Assembly: GCA_047495785.1 (NCBI GenBank)
Contig: JBLDXI010000024.1
Coordinates: 3,100,001 to 3,164,000, forward strand
Reading direction: 5' to 3'
Origin: Lepidodermella squamata
Taxonomy: Eukaryota > Animalia > Gastrotricha
Length of the DNA: 64,000 nucleotides
Each line of letters begins with the position of its first letter. Within the stretch, counting starts at the first letter, position 1. This document shows, piece by piece, positions 11,445 through 22,992 of the stretch. A model generated the notes under the pieces. The model was not told the origin of the DNA. It did not search any database and worked only from the letters and a program-made list of their open reading frames with translations. The position numbers were made by a program, and so were the translations under genes.

Positions 11445-12828
11445 GCACATTTACGGATCCGCGGTGGTTTCCTCCGGTCACTAAAAAGCCGTGAAATGCT
11501 AGTTTTCTCTAACAATTAATTGCTCGCACGCTATTGGTCGATTCAAAAATAAGCGCGGGAGTCGCATTAATGCCGCGGCGAAACAAAATAACCGTCGACT
11601 TCACAGATTCATGGGTAATAATGCAGACCGGCGCAAATAAAAGAGCCTCATTTTCAGATGCGCAGTTAAAATAGGATTTTTTGTGAGAATGATTGGAACA
11701 AATTTCCAGAAAATTAAAAGTCCGGTGAAATCAATAATTTAAAAAATGAGCAAAGCTGCGATTTTTTCACCCGAATGTCAACATTTCGCCTTTAACTCCC
11801 AGCTAAAAATTAGAATTATGTAATCGACAAAAATCGCCCAAATCGATCGCCAAAAAATTCAACGAAAATTGTCAACCAGAAAAACCAGAAAAAACCAGAA
11901 AAACTGGACCAAAAATTAAGCTGAACTTGATAATGAAATAAAAGCGGTTAAATTGTTTTCACCGCCTTAATCCTGAACACAGCTTTTTGGTTTTAACAGG
12001 TGGACTGCGAATTTGGAATATCAATAATTTTTTGATAAAACCGAGATTAAGTTTTTTCGTTATTCAAGGGTAAGGTTGTCATTATTACAGTATGGCAGTT
12101 TACGTTCATTCGCGCTCTCTTGGCCATAGTTTTTTCCTGCAGTAGTAATATCACATAGCAATAAAACTTGCTCGCGCTTTTTTTTGCAACACACAACTAT
12201 TTCCACACAATAATTAATTAGGTCACTACAACAACAATTTATGAATGGCTTGCAGCCAGCTCAGTGTGCATTGCGATCATCTTACGGTTATTTCGAAATA
12301 AACGAACGATAAAATTGAGTCTTGGAAATGAAAAAAATAGGGGTAGCACTTTCCGCCGTTCAATTGAAAATTATAACTAATGTGGAGACTATCGATTTAA
12401 AAGCAGTAAATGGATATTAGGTATTTTTTTATGATTTTGCAAAATGCCAAGGCGTGACATTTTTTTTGCATCAAAGTGGTTTAAATTGCTTGCAAATCGA
12501 AGGCTTAACTTATTTTCTCCAATAATTTATTGCTGAATTTTCGAAATTCTTTCTAAATTTATTTTTGATTTCATTGAGGAGTAATTTTCACAAAAGTCAT
12601 TTTTTTACAGTTTGAAAGAATGTGGCTCATCATATTTGCCTTGACTATTAGCCACAAGCCACAAATCTGTCAAGTCGACGGTTGTTTTGTTTCACAGTGG
12701 CATTAGTGCGGTTCCCGCGTTTATTTTTGAATCGACCAATAGCGTGCGAGCAAATAATTGTTATGGAAAAATAGCCTTTCACGACCTTTTAGTGGCCGGA
12801 GGAAACCACCGCGGATCCGTAAATGTGC
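11445..12828. mobile_element. Non-autonomous Mutator/MULE-like DNA transposon (~170-bp TIRs, 9-bp TSD GTGCCAAGC)
   Basis: TIR GCACATTTACGGATCCGCGGTGGTTTCCTCCGG... (11445-~11612) is mirrored at ~12661-12828. Identical GTGCCAAGC at 11436-11444 and 12829-12837. No transposase ORF. Confidence 0.88.
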
Positions 12829-13982
12829 GTGCCAAGCAAGAAAAGACACAGCCTGGTAAGAAAAATCAGCACCAGCGCACTGAAATTTAGTTGCGGGATC
12901 ATAACTAGGCGGTGACCCAGTTTTATTTTATTCCGGACATTTTTTAGTCCTTTTCAGAAATTTTCTGGCTCCAAGACAGTCGATTTGTCTGGGCAACGTG
13001 GCGAAGTATTGCGCACTCGACCGGAACGCGCTCTATATTTTCCGCGGCGCAATAAACCGCGCAATAACACGCTTATTGGGTTACCAAAAATGTAGCGCGT
13101 GCGTGCGCACAAAATAACAACACAACAACAGTAAGTAAGTAAGCTGTATAAAGCCGCGATGAGTAAACACCACATGGTTGCGGATATACGAACACAGCTA
13201 TCTTCGGCTCAAATCAGCGGCCACTGGCGATTCGCACGGCCAGGTAACCGCCATGTTGTAATTATCGATGTTTTTACCGCGCCGACTGTTAAGCTGCTTA
13301 TAACTAAAACGCGCCAAGTAGCTGCAACAACTGCGGCACGTTCCTTGTTATTTTGTTTACTTTTTACGCACAATCAGCCAGGCAATAACTCGCTTGAGCT
13401 AACTCGATTATTGTTATTTATAAATTGTTTTTATCTGCCGAAAAAATCTCGTCTGCAACAACATATTTCGAAATAATTTCCTCTTGATTTTAATCATTTA
13501 ATTGCGGGTAATTGACCTGGTTAATTTGACCTTTCGATACTAATGCGGTAATTTATTAATTAATTTTAGTTATTTTTTTGAGGCTGCGATATTTTATAAT
13601 TTATGCATGCAAAACCGGATGATCGTGTTGGCAAAGTGATAGAATTCTTAATATAAAACAGCATTAATTGTTATAGCCAACCTATTTACCGAGCCTCTGC
13701 CGATAAGTGGCTGTTATTTTGCGCCGCCCATCTATATATAGTACACTAAGAACAACAGCCGTAATGAATAATAATCAAGTGTATCAATGTTGTCACACGT
13801 TCAAAATGATATGTGACAAATTTGATCAATAAAAACGCCTATTTTTCTCTCATTTTGTCACGTTGGGCTTTTATACTCATAAATTATTTTCTATTCACTC
13901 TCATCAATTAAATGCCTCGAATTATAGCTTTAAAGACATATTTTTACTAGGGAAAAAATGAGTTGAATTAATTCGCATAAAA

Positions 13983-16686
13983 ATGTTTTTAATTTCGATA
14001 ATTTTGACCCCGTTTTTGGTACAAATCGCCAAGGCGAATGCTGTTGAAGAGTTGATAATTGGGGATCAATTACGCCTCGGAACTTCTGGAGGCCGGCTTC
14101 ACGAGACGCTAACGTTGAATTACAACAAATTCATATTGCCCGTCGAATCGACGGATCATAACGTCGATATCAGGCTGCTTCTCAAACTAATTCAGCTAAC
14201 AGACATCGTAAGTCTTCAATTGATTTTTTCTTGAATTTTTATGAAATTTTCTTTGAATTTTTGAACTAATATTAGGATGAAAGGAATCAAATAATGACGA
14301 CTACAGTATGGATTCGCCACGAGTGGACCGATGCGAATTTGGTTTGGGACCCGCGAGAATTCGGCAATATTACCCAGCTTCAAATGGTTGGGTCAAATGA
14401 TATTCCCATAGTTTCTACAAAAATTCAATTTAATTTTTTTAAATTTCCCACAGCCTGCTGACGATATATGGCTGCCAGATACCGTACGTTTTATTTCCCC
14501 GTTTTTTTTAATTATTGAATTTATTGAAAATTTTATTTCAGGTGCTGTATAATAATGCGGATGGTGATTACCAAATTACCATTCGAACAAAGGTCACGGT
14601 TCATCACGATGGCCGCGTTATATGGATGCCGCCGGCAATTTACAAGTCATTCTGTGCCATCAACACAACTTATTTTCGTAATTTTCATAAAATTTAAAAA
14701 TTTTAAAAATTAATTTTAATTTGATTTCTTACAGCTTTTGACGAGGTGAGGCCTTGTTCGAAATTGTTGAAATTTTCTTACGAATTTTTCAATCTGAATT
14801 TATAGCAAGTTTGCGAGTTGAAATTCGGACCTTGGTGTAAGCTCTGATTTCATCCAAAATTTTCCTAAATGTAATTCACCAATTTCTTGGACAGCATATG
14901 ATATATCGAAAGTTGACTATTGGCTCTACGATACGCGAGATAATGGTCATAATTTGACAAGTTATTTATCTCAAGCCGCTGACATGGGCGAGTACGCCGA
15001 GTCGGTTGAGTGGTCAGTGTTGCAGGTGACTGGAAATCGAACCGATTGGCAGTACCCGTGTTGCCCGGAAAAATACGTCGACATCACGTATCGAATACAC
15101 ATCAGGCGAAAAACACTGTTCTACACCATCAATCTCATCATACCGTAAGTACCTAGTGCTTTTTCTTCAAAATTTATCAAGGTCTTAGGGGCTTCATTCT
15201 GACCTACTTTTCAGTGAAATTTGAGACAGGGCATTTTCGAATGAATCATTCTAATTTTAAGGAAATCTCAAGACTTCGATTGTAGAATCCTTGAGGGAAT
15301 GCAAAGTTTCTCAAAAATCAGCGATTTTTCTTCAAAATGTTGGTACAAATTGTTGGTTTCAATTTTTTCTTGTTTTTTCTCGCCTATAGATGCGTTGCGA
15401 TTTCGTTCCTGACCGTCTTCGTATTTTACCTGCCGTCTGAAAGTGGCGAAAAAATCACGCTATCTATTAGTATTCTCGTCTCGCTGACTGTGTTCATTTT
15501 GCTGCTGTACGAGATTATCCCGCCAACTTCACTCGATTTTCCTCTTATGAGCAAGTAAGTTATTATTGAAATTTTCAAATATGTTAAAATTCGAGAAAAA
15601 TGATTGAAAAATGACTGCGGAGTTCAAATTAAGCCTGCAGGACCGATATCGATTTCAATTATCGATTTTAGAAATCACACATTTTTCCGATAGTAGAAGC
15701 TTCGGAACCCATTATTAAAATTGTTTCCATCTAGCTGATGATACCAGGTAGATAAACTGCTGAAAGTCCTAGGGTCATGAGGGCATCAATATCGAGATCA
15801 AGGAGACAAATAACCGAAATCGCAAATAATTAGAACAATTCAATACCGGGACCCCTAAATTTACTGATTGAACCTCATTGTTAGCGGCGCATATAATTAT
15901 GCCAACTACTTTATTTAGCCTAATTACTTTCAACTTTCAATAAAACGGAGAAAGTTTAAGGCTGAAAGCTGAAAACTGATTTTCTATTTATTTTTCATAC
16001 ACAGATACCTCCTATTCACAATGGCTCTAGTCACCCTATCAATCGTTGTCACCATATTGATCCTCAACCTTCATTTCCGCCACGCCCACGCCTACCACAT
16101 GCCCATGTGGGTGCGCATCATCTTCCTGCGATTCCTACCCAAAATGCTCTTCTACGAAAGCCCCCTCGAGCCGTGGTACGTCGACCGGCGAGCTCTTATC
16201 GAGCAAACAGTCGGCTGCGTTGACGACTACATCGCGCTATCCCGACGCCAGTCGACAACGCCCGAACTGTTGTACCAAGTCCCGTTCAAAACCGGCGCTG
16301 ACCCAATGTCGCCAGATTCGTTCCGATACGAAAATCTCGCAAGTCAAAGCAAGCAGAAACCGACGTGGTTGAACCCGACCAAAAGCCGGCTAGAAGCCTC
16401 GGCTTACGAGAACATTGTATTCCTAAGCCAGTCGTTGATCGACGGCGAGCTGTCGGATTTGTTGGAGTTCAACGAAATTCGCCAGGCGATGAAGGACGTT
16501 CAGTTCATTTCGGGTAAATTTCGCGACAGCACCGAGGAGACGAAGCGCAAGTCGGACTGGGAGGCGGTCGGGCGGGTTATGGACCGCCTTTTCTTGTTCA
16601 TATTCGCGACGGCTGTACTCGTAGGTACTGTTGCCATTCTAGCTTCGGCGCCAGCTCTTTACGATTCAACACAACCGATCGGCTGA
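13983..16686 (+). CDS. Nicotinic acetylcholine receptor alpha-type subunit, paralog 3
   Basis: Microexon 14735-14745. [30 protein letters not shown] (no intron at this site), GEK M2, ends [12 protein letters not shown]. Confidence 0.95.
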
Positions 16687-17672
16687 ATTTTTTTATTTGG
16701 CGAGAACTGTTTGCCTAGAGATCTGGAGAATTTTGAAATAAAATGAGCCGATTTGCCTTTGAGCGATTTTAAAATGAGCGATCAAGAAATAGAGAACGGA
16801 TCAAGAGATACGAGTAACTGGACACCTTTTCGTTGTAGCGCAGCAGATTTTGTTTCATTTGGATTGTTGATGAATCATCATCTGGTCATCGGCACACCAC
16901 GTTGACCTAGTAAAGCGTTCATAGCTCCAATTTCGCTGTTCTCTCTATTTTAAGGTGGAATTTGGAATTTCCAGTTTTGCTTTTAAGAAAAATGTAGATG
17001 AAATAAAAAAAATTCGACGATCGGTTTCTGCGGGGCATTCAGGAAAGGTTCAGGCAAATCAGGTTGGACTGTAAAAAGATGCGGCTTGCCAAAAATGTAT
17101 TTTCACTTAAAACAGATGAAAGATGAACAGCCATATGTTCACCCAAGGGTCGATAATAGGTAGCTGAAAATACAAAATTAAATGAAGGGAAATTTCGAGT
17201 AATTAAAATTGCTTTTATTCCCTAGCAGAGGTTTGGCAAAAATGTAAACCTTACAATTAAAATTATCCTGGCCTTAGTATAGGAGAGCTCAAACATTCTC
17301 GCGATCTACTATACACTATACAGAGCTCCAAGATATTGTATATTGAAGACATGTATTATTTTTACGAATTTATTCAATTTGTTGGATAAAAATCCAGTTT
17401 TGTGTCCAAGATAGGAACGGGTACAGCACAGATCTAACGAGTGCTCATCGACACGCTTGGTCAGCCATCTGATTTCGAGTGCTGTCCGTAAACACTAACG
17501 CATCAAGGGCAAATTTTAATAAAATATCAATGGCACCTACGAGTTTGCCCCGTCACGTATTTACCCGAATCTGCCCCGTTTTCTGGAGACAAACAGCCAC
17601 GTTTAAAATATGACGAAACGCCTCGACTCAGCTTATTACTTTTTATTAAATCGAAAAAAATCTCTGGTAATC

Positions 17673-18032
17673 ATGAAGAGAAGGCTTATTGCCACCGTTT
17701 TTCTGGCTTTATTCAGCTTAGTTCCTGTATGTTCAGCAGCCTTGGCATTTCTATACGATATAAATGGCGAGTATAACCTTTCTTCCGAGACTTATCAACC
17801 TGTTGTGGAAGACGCTGGGTTACACGTCCGACCAGATGCGTTGCTATCGAAAAAGCTGGCTGTTATCAATAGGATGCTTCGAACCAAACTAGCTGCCGAT
17901 CTTCAGAATTTGCCGCCGTGTGTTCGCACTGGCACGACGAAGGCGCCCTGGCCTAAAAATCGCGTGAATGGCGCCGCGAAGAAACGAATTATTGTTTTGA
18001 ACACTTTCGATGTCGAAAATATTCCATATTGA
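17673..18032 (+). CDS. Orphan small secreted protein (119 aa, intronless)
   Basis: Signal peptide MKRRLIATVFLALFSLVPVCSA. The paralog at 26759 differs by synonymous third-position changes in this frame (AAT/AAC, ACC/ACA, CCG/CCC). Confidence 0.55.
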   Translation: MKRRLIATVFLALFSLVPVCSAALAFLYDINGEYNLSSETYQPVVEDAGLHVRPDALLSKKLAVINRMLRTKLAADLQNLPPCVRTGTTKAPWPKNRVNGAAKKRIIVLNTFDVENIPY

Positions 18033-18688
18033 TGCATCATTGATGCTTAGTTCCCAACTTTTAGTATTCACTTAAATAAATGTCTTTACCTTTTTAACTT
18101 TCTGCGATCATGCGATACATGCGATCAATCGCTTATATACCCGAGGATCTCTCAGAGATTTGGAACACAGGCTCTCGATTTGACGTAGAGAGCGTTAGGG
18201 CATGGTTCAATATGCCGACGCTGGAAATTTGACATGACCGCCGTCGAGTATCATAAGCTACTGCTATAAGCTATTGCCATCTCGAAAATAGACAATTTTG
18301 GTTTTTTCGAGCCCTAAGTTGAGTGAGGTTGAGAGTCTTGCATCTGCAATCTCCATCCCAATGCGAACATGATTAATCTGTTTTTATTTGTTTGGTTACC
18401 TTTAAAGTACAGTTGAACTTGAAATTTGTGCGACTGCGCAAACCCCGTAAACCGCGTCGTCCTGTTTTTCAAGCTAATTCTATTAAAATATGATTAGTCT
18501 CTTGGTCGAAGCGGATTATTTTATTGGCCAAGCATTGTTCGCAAATTTGAGTAGGTAAATAATAATCGAGTAGAATATCATCAGCGCCAGTGGTCAGTAC
18601 TGGAATAATTGAGGTAATGAAATCTTAATGCCTTCATGTGTCATGGGAGTGGAGTTTCACCGCCATTAAAACAGCTTTAACATGTTTA

Positions 18689-19915
18689 CTATTTTTCCTG
18701 TAGGCCGGGTTGGCTGTTGCAGAAGTGAAGTGATAATGCTTGGATTCTATCCAAAAGTTCGCGCTGCTTTGATTTCTCCGAATCGTGAGCTTTTTGTGAA
18801 TCTCCACCAGATGAAAAATACCCAAAGAAGGCACCTATCATTGCTCCAAGCGCTACACCAGGAGCTCCAAATATCCCGCCAATTGATCCACCAAGCCTTA
18901 CTCCCTTGAACAGTCCAGTAAACTTGGAGACCCTCGCCATTTCTTCTACCAGTTTTTTCGTCTTTTGAATCCAACGGGGATGCTCCTGGACAATTTTCTT
19001 CAATTCAAGTGATGTGATGTCCTTAAGAGCCTGACGATAGGCAGTATCTGCAGTTTCAATGATATCCTGAACCATTGCTATTTGTCTGGTATCAGTCAGC
19101 TCAACTTTCAGTGTTTCACATGCTCGAACAATCGCTCTATGCACTTCTCGATTCTTTAAAGCAAGACTCGGTACGAATTTGCCCTCGTTGAACTCTTCAA
19201 ATTTGGTAACCAAACGTTGAAGAACTTTCTCTCTCCGTTTCCTAAAAACGGCTTCCAAGTCTTCAGATGTTGATACGTCAGGCACTTCAGTGAGTATCCA
19301 GCGTTTCTTTTCCAAACCACCACAGGCATTGACCATTTCTTTGAAAAGTGGCGACTTCATCTGCTTCTTAATGTATTCAAGCTGTTGGTCATCATCGGGA
19401 TCGGTTCCAGTATCCCCAGTGTTTGTGGGTATTATCAACAAACGCCTTTTGCATTCCTCTTCGCCCATCAACCTTGCGATGTATTTAAACGCTTCATACG
19501 TGTCTTGCGTTATTCGATCGGCGGTGCAAAATGCGACTATATCAACGCCATGACTCGCCATTTCAAAAGTATCCACGAGTTTGTCCAAAGCTGCTTCAGG
19601 CACTTCTTCCGCATGAAAAAGTCCAACAGTATCGATAACAGTCAAAGAAATGCCATTTAAATCTCGGGTCATAGGGCGTGGTGCTCTATCCGTTCCAGAG
19701 CAGGCTCCTTTGATGATAGGAAAGTGGGTCTCTCCTTTGCTGTCGCGAAGACAACAACCATGGATAAGTAGGCTGGCAAGTGAGCTTTTACCAGTTCCTG
19801 CATATTGAGTGTGCATATAGATGGATTATTTGAGCAACAAATTTCCTACTCTAAACATACCTGGCGCTCCAAGTAGAAGGATTGAAATTTCGCGCTTTTC
19901 AACGCGATCGGACAT
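18689..19915 (-). CDS. AIG1/GIMAP-family GTPase with C-terminal Gly-rich hydrophobic segment (exons 19915-19861, 19797-18689)
   Basis: Splicing a 63-nt intron gives ILLLGAPGTGKSS (G1), then VIDTVG (G3) and LIIPTNTGD (AIG1-type G4 region), a helical region, and GGSIGGIFGAPGVALGAMIGAFFGYF. Confidence 0.8.
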
Positions 19916-20489
19916 GCTGTCTTTTTTGAGAGTAATGAAGTAACTTTAGGTTAACAAGAATAATTGCTAAAATATATGCACAATGCGAAAGTTGAATGTT
20001 AAACTCCATTAAATTCTCCGCACTCGATTTGATCTTTGCGACTCGACTGCGAAAATATTGGCCGATATTCAATTCGATATTCAAAGATACAATTAAATCT
20101 CTCTGGTTATTGATCTGAACTACGCAGGCCGAGTTTGACAGATCAGACCGATCGATTGGGATGAGTAGTATCGCACAAATATAAGATATAGAATGTAGAC
20201 AATAGACTCGATTAGGGATTACTGATGCCCAGTTTCCACAAACAGCCCGTTTATATTGCATTACGAAGATGGAATTAAATTTGATTCATCTTATACATTT
20301 CACAAGTTGACTAATATTGATAAAAGTTTACAAAATGAGTCAGCGGTGTAGGTAAAGATAAGAAACCTTGTGCGATAGTTTGAGTCTCTTTGTCTGCCGG
20401 CATTATTTCCTGTGAGATTAATTTTATCACGTCGGAAGGCGATCATTATGGCAGACACATTTTGCCAATCTCGTTAAGGAGTAATCGCC

Positions 20490-21727
20490 GGGTCTAAATA
20501 AGTGCACCACCTAAAATGAGGTTCCAGCACTAAATTTGAGAGTGCGTTTAACTAATTTGCAAACAGCTCGCACTAAATCATTTGGGCACCTAAATATGAG
20601 TTCCAGCACTAAATATCAGCATTCAGTGCCTATTACTGCTGTTAAGCCCAGGCGAGGCTCTCAGGCATTCTCAACCACGCGCCCTCAGACGATGCATGAC
20701 TAGGTTTTTACCGTATTCCGTATTACCAGCAGCTCAAGCCACTTTTATAGTGCTGGAGGTAGGCATGGGTTTACGGTTCCGAGAAATGTTAAGGAGTTAG
20801 GATTAGGATATGATGCACCCGCGATTTTAGGCTCGCTTGCATAATTTTAAGAGAAATACGGACTTAAAAATAATGCATATTATGCAAATGAGCCATGATG
20901 TTGAGATTAGCATCACTTTATGACACATTCTTTCGATTGGGAATTGTTAAGTTGCTCACTGCCTACAACTCAGCTACGGAACGCCACCATTGGCTTTTTA
21001 CGCGGGACTTTTTCATGGTGGGACCCTGAGTGGTAGTATGGGCTTTACCCGAAACTTTGAAACTTATCAGCTTCAAGAGTAATTATAGCTAACTGAGACG
21101 TGGCAATCTCTATCATCGCAGTCTTTATTTGAAGGTTAGGTGTTGCGCAATAGTCGCTTTCACAGTCACCTTTCACCTTTTGAAATGCATAGGATAGAGA
21201 TAGGAAATGGTTTGCCAAGTCTCGTTTTAGCAGGAGATGAGTGGCTGTAGTAGCAAAGAATAAAATAGTGCCCATGACTAAGGTAGACCTCCTGCGAAAG
21301 AGGCCCTCCCAACGTAACTTAAATTTCAACATCCTGCCTTATTTGCATATGCGCACATTTTTTACGGCCTAGAAAACTTTTGACCTTTGACCTACAAGTG
21401 ATGCCTGACCCTGCTTGCGATTAGCGGCGGACATTACCTCCAAATCTGCAGTGTCAAAGTGTGAAAAAGCATGTGTTTATGGTTGATTGATAGGGAATAG
21501 GGCCCAGGTCGATTGGCAGATCCTCGAAGTAACTGCTCTCCAGCGGCCTCACTAGTGCGGCATGATGGCATTCCTATCCACGAATTAGGTGGTGGCTTTG
21601 TATATTTAGTGTTAGAGTTGCTTATTTAGTGTTGAATAGGATTAGTGCGAGTGACTTTCAAATTTAGTGCTGGAACCTTAAATTTAGTGCTGGAACCTTA
21701 TTTTTAGTAGGTGCAGTTGGCACACCC
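20490..21727. mobile_element. Non-autonomous Mutator/Foldback-like DNA transposon (modular TIRs, 9-bp TSD GTAATCGCC)
   Basis: Ends GGGT...ACCC. Repeated GGTTCCAGCACTAAAT units at left are mirrored by ATTTAGTGCTGGAACC at right. GTAATCGCC at 20481-20489 and 21728-21736. Confidence 0.82.
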
Positions 21728-22992
21728 GTAATCGCCAAACCACCGTTTTGCTATGACCTAGAAGCTCATAATGTTTTATTCATTACGGGGTTAATCATTA
21801 CGGGGTGCGAAAAACCCAAGGGGTTAATCACTTTGGCAAGAATGTATTATTATTGATAATAGGTAAAAATATCTGCAATGAATGAAAATAACCCGGTTGG
21901 TCCAGTTGGTAAAAAAGACGTATACAATCCGTATTTTTTCATCCGGGTTTTAGTATTGCCTGCGAACCGTTGGCAAAATTTTATATAAAGCAAAGGTCTA
22001 CGCTTGCTTCGCGTATAAATTAATGCGGGTGTGTAGCTTCAGGTCGCGCGTTATTGTTCGCAGCGGCCCAGAGAGTATCTCGAACCCTCCAGCATCGGTA
22101 TGCCGCAATGCCATACGCTTGGTCCTGCCCTTTGCGCGGACGTTGAAAGCGTTCGCCTCTCTCCGTCGCCGCCAGTCTAATCACCCGTCTTCTTGCTAAA
22201 TTCTCCTTTGCCATCGTTTGCCCCATAGACATCACTGTAACAGATAGGACGCAAACGATCTTGCCATAGTGAATTGATTCGAGCTGTTATTGCAAAAAGG
22301 TCGGCACGCGACCACTTTTTAGATCACCCACCGCCCTCATTGTAAATTTAATTAATTTCAAAAATCGACCGACCACATAGTCCCTCTTGAAATATTTTGA
22401 ATTTCAGTAGATAAATACTAGATTTCGCGGTCTATCGAATGAGTCCAGGTACATCTTGTAGGCTCACATTATTATACAATTGTTGAAAACAGCTGTTTTT
22501 GCAGATTATCGGCAAAACTGCCAATCTTCCGCCGCGGCTGGCTTAGACAAAATTATTTTAAAAAATCTCTAAAAATTATATTGATCATGTTCGCAAAATT
22601 CTCTATCCAGTGATGTCAAAATTGACCGGAAATGATTTTTTCCCAATATTCTGAAAACAGACCGCTCGATTGACGTGTTAAGCTCAATACAAGATATCAA
22701 TGTTATAATAGCAGCGGCTAAGCAATTATCATGCGCTTTAAGAAGGAGAGCCATCGGCCCAAAGTTAAACTTATGTTCGCCATCCTTGTCAATTGCGGGT
22801 TCATTGTCTTAACGGTTCTTTCGTGGTCTTCTCCCTATTTTCCTACCGAATTGTCATTGTTTGAGTATTGATTTCGAACTAACTGCGAGTAATCACATTG
22901 GGATTTTACAAAGGTATCCACATAATTTTCATAATTAAAATCAGACACATCTATGCACAAATCATCAAACCGGTCGTCGATATGGCGTTGTA

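Noticed and set aside
21045-21332. 95-aa ORF inside the second transposon as a transposase
   Set aside because: Too short, with no DDE or zinc-finger motif.
22020-22290. GC-rich 71-aa minus ORF
   Set aside because: No motif, paralog or splice support.
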